Positions 30,745 through 40,625 of a DNA stretch of 64,000 nt are shown here, one piece after another. The translations under genes were made by a program, and so were the position numbers. The notes under the pieces are model-generated. The model searched no databases, was not told the DNA's origin, and was given only the letters and a program-made list of their open reading frames with translations. Origin of the DNA: Candidatus Omnitrophota bacterium (GTDB lineage: Bacteria; Omnitrophota; Gorgyraeia; Zapsychrales; JAHFFX01); assembly GCA_023247705.1 (NCBI GenBank), contig JAHFFY010000008.1, positions 664 to 64,663 of the forward strand. Reading direction: 5' to 3'. Within the stretch, counting starts at the first letter, position 1; each line of letters starts with the position of its first letter.

Positions 30745-31710
30745 CTACGAAACACCCACCCACCGTTCCAAATCGCAGCCGTCGGAACTAAGTTCGAAAA
30801 TACCGATCCGCGTTCCGTCGCCATAAAGTTTTCCGGTCGCCGGATCGCGGGCGACGCGGGTGATCCATTCATACCCGAGATCAAAATTTTTTTTCGTAAA
30901 CCATTTTTGCGGCATCACATTCACGGTCCCAAAGGCAGGCCGAATCTCAAAGATCGCGTAGGCGGCGTTTTCTTCAGGATACGGGACCGCCAGAAGAATT
31001 TCATCGAGCGTTTCAAATTCTTTTGGGAAACGGAAATGGTGCAACCCTTCCTGCAATGTCCCGGGAACCAATATCGATGAAACCGGATTAGCCAACGAAT
31101 AATACGGTTCCTTCGAGTTCCGAAAATTCGCAGGGAGATCCTCCAGATGAAAGACCGGCATTTTATCCGGATCAAAACACAATAATTGAATCTGGTCTTT
31201 TTTGGAAAACCATAATCCCAGATAATGCGGCGATACCGCGAAGGCGCGCGTATACGCGTTAAGCGCCAAGATAAAATTCTGCGGTTCGTTTTGTCGGGAC
31301 AATGTCACCAAGAAAGAATGTCTTCCATTCGTTCCATGAAACGTCCAGACATAATGATGTTTGGAGGCGCCTTTGATCGTGGGGAACGTCTGCCAGTACC
31401 ACGGGGCCGGCCCGATGGCATTATTAATGACGGTCTGAACCGAGGCGCTGACATTGGCCTTTTTAAAAAAATGCCGCGGAGCGGCAAAGTAGATCTTGCG
31501 CAAGACCAGATAAAGCGAAATCATCAAGACAAAAAAAACAACCAAAGCGATTTTGCCCTGGACCGGTGCTTCTTTAAACCATAACGTTAATTGATTAACA
31601 ACCAGGATCAAACAGAAGGTCGAGAAAAGATAAATCAATTTTCTGAACAAAAAAAAATTTTTGATATACAAATGTTCTTCTTTGAATTTTTTGAGGAATT
31701 GCAGGTTCAT
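30745..31710 (-). CDS. Hypothetical protein with two N-terminal TM helices
   Basis: 321-aa ORF; no family recognised. Confidence 0.7.
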   Translation of the reverse strand: MNLQFLKKFKEEHLYIKNFFLFRKLIYLFSTFCLILVVNQLTLWFKEAPVQGKIALVVFFVLMISLYLVLRKIYFAAPRHFFKKANVSASVQTVINNAIGPAPWYWQTFPTIKGASKHHYVWTFHGTNGRHSFLVTLSRQNEPQNFILALNAYTRAFAVSPHYLGLWFSKKDQIQLLCFDPDKMPVFHLEDLPANFRNSKEPYYSLANPVSSILVPGTLQEGLHHFRFPKEFETLDEILLAVPYPEENAAYAIFEIRPAFGTVNVMPQKWFTKKNFDLGYEWITRVARDPATGKLYGDGTRIGIFELSSDGCDLERWVGVS

Positions 31711-31821
31711 CCGCCGGATTTATCCAAAAGGTTATTATTGGGCCGCATTGTTCATCATCATATTACATCTCCCTGAAAAAGCAATTTCAATTTGGCTTTC
31801 GCCAATCAAACATGTTTTCTT

Positions 31822-32208
31822 CTAGTTCAACTGCGCGATGAGAAAGCCCAAACGGAACACAGCAAACCCGATCACCACACTCAACAGAATATACAGCAAT
31901 GCGCTCCCCGCGGCCCCCGCCTTGTTCAACTCATCCGTCTCTAGAATAAACGTCGAGAAGGTCGTAAAGGCCCCGCAAAACCCGGTCATGAGAAACAATT
32001 TCAAGTCACTGCCCAATAAAAATTTCTTTTCGGCCAGGCCTGCCAAAAGACCGATGATAAAACATCCCAACCCATTGACGACCAAGGTGCCGTAAGGAAA
32101 AACCGGTCCGGCAATACGGGTGATCCATCCGGCCAAAAGATACCGTGCGATCGTCCCCAAAGTCCCGCCGGTCATCAGACAAAACAATTTATTCCATCCC
32201 ATCTTCAA
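31822..32208 (-). CDS. crcB: Fluoride channel Fluc
   Basis: GG.LGT.ARY, FPYGTL.VN..G, GFCGAFTTFSTF. Confidence 0.95.
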   Translation of the reverse strand: MKMGWNKLFCLMTGGTLGTIARYLLAGWITRIAGPVFPYGTLVVNGLGCFIIGLLAGLAEKKFLLGSDLKLFLMTGFCGAFTTFSTFILETDELNKAGAAGSALLYILLSVVIGFAVFRLGFLIAQLN

Positions 32209-32591
32209 CCAACCTTTCGGGGTGCAATCAACGCGGCGCTGAAATACAACAAGAGCCCCAATCCGCCCGCAAAGATCAAAACGACAAAGATGATCCGGAA
32301 GATGACCGGATCCAGATTAAAAAATTCGCCCAAGCCCCCGCAGACCCCGGCGATCTTGCGGTCCCGGTCGGACAAATAAAACCGTTTATGCGCAACGACC
32401 GCGACCGTTCCCTCGTTTTCAGGGACCACCATCCACATCACGAAATAAACCAAAATCCCGATTCCCCCTAAAACAGCAACCAGGACAAACGCAATCCGGA
32501 GGATGACCGGGTCCATTTGAAAATATTCTGCCAACCCCCCGCAGACCCCGGCGATTTTACGTTCTTGTTTGGATCGGTAGAGTTTTTTCAT
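32205..32591 (-). CDS. pspC: PspC-domain protein with two tandem PspC domains
   Basis: KIAGVCGGL.E.F..DPVI.RI occurs twice. Confidence 0.9.
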   Translation of the reverse strand: MKKLYRSKQERKIAGVCGGLAEYFQMDPVILRIAFVLVAVLGGIGILVYFVMWMVVPENEGTVAVVAHKRFYLSDRDRKIAGVCGGLGEFFNLDPVIFRIIFVVLIFAGGLGLLLYFSAALIAPRKVG

Positions 32592-32594
32592 AGA

Positions 32595-33356
32595 TCAAGA
32601 ATGTATTCTTTCTTGCATTTCTTGACGACTGGTTGTATAGCAAATCTTCGCAATAGACTCATTCTCTAGCTTTTTTTGGTTAGCTAATGACGGATCAAAT
32701 GATACTAAATTATATTTATCCCTTTTTTGAGCACTTCCATATTTAATCCCATCATATCCTTTAGCTTTCAATAACTCTGCTACATATTGAGTTGGGATGT
32801 ATGAACAATTGTCATCAGGGATGTTGGGCACAGAAAAATACATATTTAACCCCCACCACAATAACCCCTCTTCCTCCGCAATTGTTATTGCATTGTTTTT
32901 TTTCTTCTTTATATATTCCTCTAAAGAGAACGTATCGGTAAAAATATCAACTATTGCTATATCTCGCTTTAATTCAAACAAAGCAAGAGTTAACGAAGCT
33001 CCTATATATGGACGAGTCTCCGCTATAGCTGTATCTTGATCCTCGGCTAAATACAAATGAGAGATCCCTTTAGGATTTGCCCTACCATCAAGAGATTTTT
33101 CTCTTGGAGGAGCGTTCATTTCTGCTGATGTTAAAAGATCTCCTTTAATTACATTGTTTTCTAGTTTAGGACCATGCCCGATCCTTGCTCTCCAAAACTG
33201 TGTTTTTTTATTAATGATTTGTCTTCTATTTTTTGCCGAGTCAGCAATTGTTATTACAAAATTGTCTAATTCTGGATTTAAGATAAATCTATTATTATTT
33301 ATTAAGTAATTGAATAATTTCTCTAGATTCTCAAATGAATTTTCTGATAAAACCAT
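32595..33356 (-). CDS. RES-domain protein
   Basis: GRANPKGISHLYLA, TAIAETRP, YIPTQYVAE, GYDGIKYGS, NLVSF; AT-rich. Confidence 0.88.
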   Translation of the reverse strand: MVLSENSFENLEKLFNYLINNNRFILNPELDNFVITIADSAKNRRQIINKKTQFWRARIGHGPKLENNVIKGDLLTSAEMNAPPREKSLDGRANPKGISHLYLAEDQDTAIAETRPYIGASLTLALFELKRDIAIVDIFTDTFSLEEYIKKKKNNAITIAEEEGLLWWGLNMYFSVPNIPDDNCSYIPTQYVAELLKAKGYDGIKYGSAQKRDKYNLVSFDPSLANQKKLENESIAKICYTTSRQEMQERIHS

Positions 33357-33543
33357 ATCGTTTTCTCCTGAAAACTTTAGATAACAATTTCAGATTAAAT
33401 ATCCTCCCAGGATTAGCCCAATTATTTACGCCTTTCCTCTAAAATAACCTTGCTCAAAGATAGATCACGGATAACAAGAGGTTTGACGGTTCTTTTCCAA
33501 GCAGGTTGTTTTTGGGAAGAGGTTTTCATATTTTGTCTATTTT

Positions 33544-34548
33544 TCATTTTCCCCCCACCCCCAATAAATCTACGACCTTCCCTACCTTGCGCCTACAAGC
33601 GGTTTTGTAAATGAGGTCCGCGACGGCGACATCCTGGATCGCCAGGCCGGTTGAATCGAAGACCGTCACTTCTTCCTGGGAAATCCGTCCGGACTTCTTT
33701 CCGGCGACGATCTCGCCTAACTGCGCGTAAATATCCGCCCGGGATAAAAGACCCAAACTGACAGGGACATTGATTTCTCCACTGTGCGCAGCCTGGGCCC
33801 AATCGTCCACCACCACTTTGGCGTCGCGCAGGATCTTCGGATCGAGTTCCTGTTTGCCAGCGGCGTCGGCGCCGATCGCGTTGATGTGCGTGCCTTTCTT
33901 GATCCATTCGCGCCGGACAATCGGCGCGCGCGAAGGGGTCGAGGTCACAATGATGTCGGCCTCTTGCACGCACGATGCGATCGTGGCGGAGGCGCTCATG
34001 ATTTCACGGGGGCGTCGCATCTCTTTGATAAACCGTTTCACTTCGCCTTCCGACTTGCCCCAGACGTTCACTTCCCTGATTTTAAAAATCTGCCGCAGCG
34101 CCGCGAGCTGGCTGTGGCCTTGAATGCCGCAGCCGATGAGCGCGACACGTGAAGAATCTTTGCGGGCCAGATATTTCGCGGCCACCCCGCTGGCAGCGCC
34201 GGTACGCAGGGTCGTCGCGTATGTCCCGTCCATAATGCTTAAAGGAAATCCTGTTTGTGGATCACTCAAAATAATGACCGCCATCACCGCCGGAAGATTA
34301 TATTTGGCGTTCCCGGGATGCGCGTTCACCCATTTCAGACTGCATTTATTTAATCTGGAAAGATACACCGGCATGGCGCGGAAATCACCGTCAAATTTCT
34401 CCAGCTCCAGGTAAATCTTTGGTGGCATCTGCGCGTGTCCCAGCCCGTATTCCCTAAAAGCCGCTTCAACGGCCGGGATCGCCTTTTTCATATCGATGAG
34501 TGTTTGAATGGTTTTCTTGTCAAGGATAAGCGTTTGGAATTTTTTCAT
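33544..34548 (-). CDS. Ornithine cyclodeaminase/mu-crystallin family protein (archaeal-type alanine dehydrogenase-like)
   Basis: MPPKIYL, GDFRAMP, LKWVN.HP.N, LRTGAA, HINAIGAD..GK.ELD, FDSTGLAIQD. Confidence 0.9.
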   Translation of the reverse strand: MKKFQTLILDKKTIQTLIDMKKAIPAVEAAFREYGLGHAQMPPKIYLELEKFDGDFRAMPVYLSRLNKCSLKWVNAHPGNAKYNLPAVMAVIILSDPQTGFPLSIMDGTYATTLRTGAASGVAAKYLARKDSSRVALIGCGIQGHSQLAALRQIFKIREVNVWGKSEGEVKRFIKEMRRPREIMSASATIASCVQEADIIVTSTPSRAPIVRREWIKKGTHINAIGADAAGKQELDPKILRDAKVVVDDWAQAAHSGEINVPVSLGLLSRADIYAQLGEIVAGKKSGRISQEEVTVFDSTGLAIQDVAVADLIYKTACRRKVGKVVDLLGVGGK

Positions 34549-34580
34549 GGTTTATTGGATTGCTTGAAAGTTATTCTGTT

Positions 34581-34698
34581 AGGACTTTCGCGTTTGGCGA
34601 TCTGCTTCGTTGCCGCCTCCGGTGCTCGCTCAACGTACTTCTGTGTATCGCTTCGCTCCTCGGCAGCGCCTCGCATCTCATCCAAACGCGAAAGTCCT
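34581..34698. repeat. 118-bp palindromic element with 17-bp perfect terminal IR
   Basis: AGGACTTTCGCGTTTGG...CCAAACGCGAAAGTCCT. Confidence 0.7.
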
Positions 34699-34876
34699 GT
34701 CTGTTTTTTCAGACAGTTCATTTTATCCCAGAGTGCATGGCACTTCAACTTAAGAATTATAAAAGAACTCCGATCCTTTGGATTTCTTTCCTGACTTATC
34801 ACTTGATAACCAGAGCAATTTATTGTCTAATGAATGTGATTTTTTTTAATCATCCTCATAAAGGAATTTACAAAGC

Positions 34877-35824
34877 ATGAAATCGTCCGTTGACGAAGTC
34901 AGTCGTCTCATGAAGAAGGCCAATGACAACCTCGCTTTGGTTGTTAAAGGCAAACCGGAGAAAATCGAGCTGGTTATCCTAGCCCTGGTCGCCGGAGGGC
35001 ATATCCTGATCGAAGACATCCCGGGCGTTGGAAAAACCACCTTGGCCAAGGCCCTGGCCAAAACGATCGATGGGACATTCAACCGCATTCAATTCACGCC
35101 GGATCTTCTACCGACCGACATCACCGGGATCAATATCTTTCGACAAACCGACAATCATTTTTCGTTTCACCCCGGACCGGTCTTTGCCAACATTGTACTC
35201 GCGGATGAAATCAACCGCGCCTCACCGCGTACCCAGTCCGCGCTTCTGGAGGCCATGGGAGAAGAACACGTCACGGTCGATGGCACGTGTCATCCGCTCC
35301 CCTCTGCGTTCATTGTCCTAGCGACCCAAAATCCGATCGAATATCACGGCACTTATCCGCTGCCCGAGGCCCAACTCGACCGCTTCATGCTACAGATCGA
35401 CATGGGATATCTGCCTCAGGAAGACGAACAAAATCTCCTCATCAATCGCACCCGGGAGGAACCGGTTGAAAAAATTTCGTCGGTCCTGTCTTTGGCCGCG
35501 CTCAAAGAATTAAAATCCTTTGTCGACACGATCCTCCTGGAGGAATCGATCAGCCAATATATGCTGGACATCGTTCAGGCGACCCGGCATCATCCGCAAT
35601 TACGGTTAGGTGTTTCGACCCGGGGAACACTTTTATACGCAAGGATGGTCCGCGCGCGGGCGATGCTTCATCAACGCGATTATGTGATCCCCGAGGATGT
35701 CAAACGGCTGGCGGTCCCGGTGTTGGCCCACCGGATCCTGCTCGATACGAAATCGCAATACGAAGGATCCTCCCGGTCCGAGATCATTGCGCAGATTATT
35801 GAAAACATCAAAATTCCCAAATAA
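34877..35824 (+). CDS. moxR: MoxR-family AAA+ ATPase
   Basis: EDIPGVGKT, RIQFTPDLLP, DEINRA.P.TQSALLE, TYPLPEAQLDRF. Confidence 0.96.
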   Translation: MKSSVDEVSRLMKKANDNLALVVKGKPEKIELVILALVAGGHILIEDIPGVGKTTLAKALAKTIDGTFNRIQFTPDLLPTDITGINIFRQTDNHFSFHPGPVFANIVLADEINRASPRTQSALLEAMGEEHVTVDGTCHPLPSAFIVLATQNPIEYHGTYPLPEAQLDRFMLQIDMGYLPQEDEQNLLINRTREEPVEKISSVLSLAALKELKSFVDTILLEESISQYMLDIVQATRHHPQLRLGVSTRGTLLYARMVRARAMLHQRDYVIPEDVKRLAVPVLAHRILLDTKSQYEGSSRSEIIAQIIENIKIPK

Positions 35825-35903
35825 GAGGGACGTAAGACATAAGATGTGAGACGTAAATAACGCGTCTAACATCCCTCGTCCTTCGTAAAAAAATTTACAA
35901 ACC

Positions 35904-37151
35904 ATGCCCAAACGACGATGGTCATTCTTCCTGCCGGCGCAGGACCATTTCTTTATCAAAAGACTCCTGATTCACATCAATGTCTGTTTCCCCGACTCCG
36001 GTAAAATTCTTTTGAGCACGTTATTGATCGGCGCTTCGATTGCAGCTCCGGGATTACATCTGATTGCGTATCTTCTTCCTTGTTTTATCTTCACTTTGTT
36101 CGTCACCGCGGTGGGGTTCTCGATTTTTTTCCGTCCTCGCGTGAGTGTCTTGCGCCAGCTGTCTTCGACACCGGCCGTTGGAGAATATCTGATTTACCGG
36201 ATCATCGTGACCAATATCGGGAAAAGACCGATTAAAAATCTAACGGTCCTAGAAGGGATCCTCCCCTTCGGTCTTTACAACGTCTTCGACCACGCAAAGA
36301 TCGACAACACGATCGGCTGCCTTCTGCCAAAAGAAAGCACCTCGCTTCGCCTGGTGATTCACTGCAAATTCCGCGGGGTGTATCAACTCTCGACGATTTG
36401 GGTCGCCAGCAGTTTTCCCTCGGGTCTGTTTCGCTGGCCGGTGCGCCTAAAAAAAACAGACAAACTGACCGTCTACCCGAACTTTATCTCCCAGACCGAA
36501 TTCAAGATTCCCTTCCACCAAATTTATCAGCCCGGAGGGATCGCGGTCAGTTCGCACATCGGAGCTTCGAATGAATTTCTCAACACCCGCGAATACCGTC
36601 ACGGAGACCGCCTGAAAGATATTCACTGGGTCTCCTCGGCCCGCAGCGGCAAACTCATCGTCAAAGAATATGTGGATGAATATTTCGTGCGCATCGGACT
36701 TTTTCTGGACACCGCTTTTTCAAAAGGCGAAGAACCGCATTCCTTTGAAAAAAGAATTTCCATGGCCGCTGGGATCGCCGATGCCATTGCCCGGAAAGAA
36801 TATATTATCGATCTCTTTGCCGCTGGTGAGGACTTATATCATTTTCAAATCGGACGAGCGATGGCACACCTGGAAAATCTGCTCGAACTTCTCTCCTGTC
36901 TGGAAGACACCAAAAAAGTGGACATCAAACGGCTTCAAAATAATTTAATGCGCCACACCCGCGAGATCTCGGCGATGGTCATGATCTTTCACGATTGGGA
37001 TCAAGCACGCTCGCAGCTTTGCCGGAGTCTGGAACATCTAGGGATCAGCCTGCGCGTGATTGTGGTCAGGGATAAATCCCTGACGCTTGCACCCGACCGA
37101 AAACTCGTGATCATCTCGGCAAAAAAGCGAGGCATGGAAAAAATCGAATGA
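35904..37151 (+). CDS. DUF58 protein
   Basis: EF..REYRHGD..K.IHW..SAR.GKLIVKEY. Confidence 0.92.
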   Translation: MPKRRWSFFLPAQDHFFIKRLLIHINVCFPDSGKILLSTLLIGASIAAPGLHLIAYLLPCFIFTLFVTAVGFSIFFRPRVSVLRQLSSTPAVGEYLIYRIIVTNIGKRPIKNLTVLEGILPFGLYNVFDHAKIDNTIGCLLPKESTSLRLVIHCKFRGVYQLSTIWVASSFPSGLFRWPVRLKKTDKLTVYPNFISQTEFKIPFHQIYQPGGIAVSSHIGASNEFLNTREYRHGDRLKDIHWVSSARSGKLIVKEYVDEYFVRIGLFLDTAFSKGEEPHSFEKRISMAAGIADAIARKEYIIDLFAAGEDLYHFQIGRAMAHLENLLELLSCLEDTKKVDIKRLQNNLMRHTREISAMVMIFHDWDQARSQLCRSLEHLGISLRVIVVRDKSLTLAPDRKLVIISAKKRGMEKIE

Positions 37152-37160
37152 TTTTTTTTC

Positions 37161-37220
37161 TTTATGGAACCCACCGAGCATGCCCGTGGTACAAGTAGAG
37201 GGATTGACCTTCCCTCTACT
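37161..37220. repeat. REP-like element (short form)
   Basis: TTTATGGAACCCACCGAGCATGCCCGTGGTACAAGTAGAGGGA; related to 62834-62966. Confidence 0.65.
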
Positions 37221-39242
37221 AATAAGAAGGAAAAGGTCAATCAGACTGAGACATTGGCGAACGAGGCCCCATCATCTATGGAAATACTCTTAACCGTACT
37301 CTCCGCCTGGGCGGTCTACGGGCTGTGTCAGCACGACGCGCTTCTTCCTTTCTTGGGAACGGTCATCGCGTTGATTTCGTTTTTTAGACGCCCTGTGGTC
37401 AAACTCGAACGAACAATGCGCTGGCTTACCCTTGTTGGAATGGCGCTGCTTTTAGGATGGCTTTGGCGCAGCCTTCTTGTGGAGGACCGGTCGGATTTCG
37501 GATTGATCGGGATCATGCAAACGACATTGGTTTTCCTGTCGATCTTCGTGTGGTTCCAGCATCACTACTCCTATCGGTCATACGCTTTAAGATGGATGTC
37601 CTGGATGATCGTCGCACTTTCGATCGATGTTCGGTTTGAGCGGGTCTCGTACGCGATGTTTTGGATCTTTTGTCTTTTGAATATCTCTTTTATCCTGATC
37701 AAAGCGCTTATGGCATCGGAAAATCTCGGCGAACCCAAAAATCAAAAACGGAAGTTCAAAATCATCTTTTCCCGGTTCTGTTATTTCACTGTGTTTCTCT
37801 CGATCTCCTTTGGCTTATTCGTGGGACTGGTGCGTTTTGTGCAGTTAAGCGACAAGGCCTTCATGCGTTTTATCCAGGATTATTTTCTGCTTTATCCGCA
37901 TCAGTTGTTGGAATTCGGTCAGACCCTCGATCTGCGCAGCCCCGGATACAGCGGACGGGACATCCGCCCGATTTTTGAAATCGACCGCAAGAACACCAAT
38001 CAACTTTATCTCGTCACCCAGATCTTTGAACAATATCAAAACGGACGATGGGAAAAATCGCCCGAAGGGCCCAAACATCCTCTCTCCAATATCCTGCCGC
38101 CGGAACAGGAAAAACTCAATCTGGTTTTATTCGATCAGTTGAAAGGAATCCTGCCCGCCCCCTCCCGGGTGGATGCAGTCCGAAATCACAACCAAATGTT
38201 CGAACAGGACAACAACGGCATCATCACCTCTCCTGATCCCATCATCCTTAAAGCGACTTTTGCGATGGACAGTCATACCGCACCCGCCATTCCAATCACC
38301 TCAGATCAAAAAAGAGCGTTAACGCAACTGTCGCCCTCGCTGCAAACACATCTCAAACCATACCTGGAGCGGATCGTCGGACAGGAATCAGACCCGCTGA
38401 AGGTCGCTCAAACCATCGAATTCTTTTTCCGGAAAAATTTTCAATACTCACTGGATATCAATTACGGGGCGGATGAAAAAGGGTTGCTGGGGATGCTCAA
38501 AGACCGCAAACCAGCTTACTGTTCCTATTTTGCCTCGGCGATGATCCTGATGCTGCGCGAACGCAATATCCCCGCCCGTCTTAAAGGAGGATTTTTTCTC
38601 TCGGAGACCATCAATCATGGTAAACAATTTCTGGCCCGCGTGCGCGACGCCCATGCCTGGGTTGAGGTGCTGGTGCCGGTTGAAGAAAAAAACGGATTTT
38701 ACCATTGGGTCGATTTCGATCCGACACCGGCGGCTGCCCGGTGGGGAGCCATCAACCAGGGCGATCCTTTGAACCCGCTGACCGACTGGTTGTGGCGTTC
38801 ACAGCGGCGCATGCGGGCGGAACTGGTCTCCATCGATGCACCACAGATGACGACACATGTTCTGTTTTTATTTCTTATCTTTATTTTCCTTAAAAATTAC
38901 AAAGATCTCTTGCAAGGATTGAACATGTTCAAACGGCATCCGAAAACGACGGTGAGCGCCTCAGCTACGGACACTCAAAACTGCCTTGCCATCTATCAAT
39001 CCTTTGAAGCCATCCTGCAAAACAAATTCGGAATCCGCAGGCAATCCCATCAGACCGACGAAGAATTTCTCATGGATCTACGCGAACGCAACCTGATGTC
39101 CGTTGAAACGATATCATTCATCGGGTCGTTTATTAAACAATACCACGCCGTGCGGTTTGGAAAAAAAACTTATCGTCGTCTGGAGGATTATGTTCAGGCG
39201 CTGGATGGAAAGATCAAACATGGAAAAAAATCACGGACGTAG
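37164..39242 (+). CDS. Membrane transglutaminase-like protein (TgpA type)
   Basis: Multiple TM helices, YCSYFASAM..LR...IPARL..GF, AHAWVEV, WVDFDPT. True start possibly ATG 37278. Confidence 0.9.
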   Translation: MEPTEHARGTSRGIDLPSTNKKEKVNQTETLANEAPSSMEILLTVLSAWAVYGLCQHDALLPFLGTVIALISFFRRPVVKLERTMRWLTLVGMALLLGWLWRSLLVEDRSDFGLIGIMQTTLVFLSIFVWFQHHYSYRSYALRWMSWMIVALSIDVRFERVSYAMFWIFCLLNISFILIKALMASENLGEPKNQKRKFKIIFSRFCYFTVFLSISFGLFVGLVRFVQLSDKAFMRFIQDYFLLYPHQLLEFGQTLDLRSPGYSGRDIRPIFEIDRKNTNQLYLVTQIFEQYQNGRWEKSPEGPKHPLSNILPPEQEKLNLVLFDQLKGILPAPSRVDAVRNHNQMFEQDNNGIITSPDPIILKATFAMDSHTAPAIPITSDQKRALTQLSPSLQTHLKPYLERIVGQESDPLKVAQTIEFFFRKNFQYSLDINYGADEKGLLGMLKDRKPAYCSYFASAMILMLRERNIPARLKGGFFLSETINHGKQFLARVRDAHAWVEVLVPVEEKNGFYHWVDFDPTPAAARWGAINQGDPLNPLTDWLWRSQRRMRAELVSIDAPQMTTHVLFLFLIFIFLKNYKDLLQGLNMFKRHPKTTVSASATDTQNCLAIYQSFEAILQNKFGIRRQSHQTDEEFLMDLRERNLMSVETISFIGSFIKQYHAVRFGKKTYRRLEDYVQALDGKIKHGKKSRT

Positions 39243-39447
39243 CCAACCGTACGCTAACCTCATCGCAGTGACCGCGGCCGCAGAGCTTCCGATGACGCTG
39301 ATTCCGATCTGAATAATACGATTTTGGATATGCCTCACGAGAAGGACAACGAAAACAAAAATCGAACCCGCCATGATCACCAAAGCCACTGATAAAAAAA
39401 ATCCCGTACCGTATCCAACGGCTGCTTCTGTCTGAAGACTTGATCAA
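39231..39447 (-). pseudogene. Small two-TM protein frameshifted in a T8 run
   Basis: Removing one T at 39394-39401 gives MIKSSDRSSRWIRYGIFLSVALVIMAGSIFVFVVLLVRHIQNRIIQIGISVIGSSAAAVTAMRLAYGWLRP*. Confidence 0.5.
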
Positions 39448-40559
39448 TACTCCGCCTGAAAAATCAAACTTCCTTTCTCATCATATTCCTTCACGTCGAC
39501 CGGGACATTGTTGTGATAACGGACCACACTTTTGAGCGTTCCGTCCGGATAATATTTTTTGGAAACCCCGTGGGGCTTATTGTTGCGGTACATGGTCTCC
39601 CAGTTGATCTGTCCGTTTGGAAAATATTCACGGCTGATTCCCTGGAGCAGACCATTCTGAGTGTTCCATTCCTCCCACGTCTGACCGTTCTCAAAATATG
39701 TTTTGTCAACGCCGTCAAAGGGTTGCCCGTCCGCTTTTAATCGCTTTCCTTCGCGGTAGAGGACATCTTCCATCAGTACCCCGCTCTCATAGTAGGCTTT
39801 TAAACTGCCGTCCGGTTCGTCATTTTTATAATGCGCGACCCGCTTCAATCGGCCCGACTCGTAATACTCGTTCGTTTCGCCCTCAAGCTTGTCTTCCTTG
39901 TAAAATCCCCCCCAGCGCAACTGGCCGTTTTCGAAATAGACTTTATAATTTCCCTCGATCTTGCCGTCTTGATAGGCTAAATCTGCTTCCAATCCGCCGT
40001 TGTAAAAAAATTTTTTAAATGACCCATTGGATTTTTGATCGGTGAAATCCCCGATCCAGCGCACGTTTCCGTTCTGATAAAACCCCCGGCATACACTGTA
40101 GGTTGTTCCATTCGTTGAGACCTCCTGGCAAAAAGAGGACGGTCCCGAATATTCTCCGGTATGATCGGGGTGCTGCCCCTTTTCCTTCACGACATAAAAG
40201 ACGGCAAACAGAACAATCATGACCGGCAGAATCACGATCGGAAGATTATTCTCTTTTTGGACAGGCACACGAATCTCTTCGTCTTTCAGTGATGATCTGA
40301 CCGCCATCGCTTCCAGTTCATTGACCTCTGCTGGATCAACCTCTTCCTCTAGTATCCGCAGGACGTCTTTCGCTCGTTCAACATCGGATTCCTGAACAAG
40401 CAATCGGACGTTTCCCATGCCCAGCGTCAGGTGATGCCGAAATCCGCCGGCATCATCCGCGGAGACGATCGCTTCAATGCCGCTGTCTTTGAGCAATCCC
40501 TGCGCCATTTGCGCGTCGTGCTTGGCGAAAAAAACTTTGATCACAATGAGATTAGGCAT
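39444..40559 (-). CDS. DUF2007-like N-terminal domain + TM + MORN-variant (YwqK-like) repeats
   Basis: AQMAQGLLKDSGIEA..VRLLV..SD.ERA; repeated Y(F/Y)ENG..Y..GK.EG units. Confidence 0.85.
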   Translation of the reverse strand: MPNLIVIKVFFAKHDAQMAQGLLKDSGIEAIVSADDAGGFRHHLTLGMGNVRLLVQESDVERAKDVLRILEEEVDPAEVNELEAMAVRSSLKDEEIRVPVQKENNLPIVILPVMIVLFAVFYVVKEKGQHPDHTGEYSGPSSFCQEVSTNGTTYSVCRGFYQNGNVRWIGDFTDQKSNGSFKKFFYNGGLEADLAYQDGKIEGNYKVYFENGQLRWGGFYKEDKLEGETNEYYESGRLKRVAHYKNDEPDGSLKAYYESGVLMEDVLYREGKRLKADGQPFDGVDKTYFENGQTWEEWNTQNGLLQGISREYFPNGQINWETMYRNNKPHGVSKKYYPDGTLKSVVRYHNNVPVDVKEYDEKGSLIFQAEY

Positions 40560-40625
40560 GAAAAATCCCTACAGCTCATCCCCTCGTCTTGAAAAACACT
40601 GATATTTTGTTGCGGTTGATTTTAT

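Noticed and set aside
32208-33540. Fluoride riboswitch upstream of crcB
   Set aside because: crcB overlaps pspC, and no convincing fluoride-riboswitch consensus was found upstream.
34435-34880. Short ORFs between the OCD-family gene and moxR
   Set aside because: They are translations of the palindromic element and promoter DNA.
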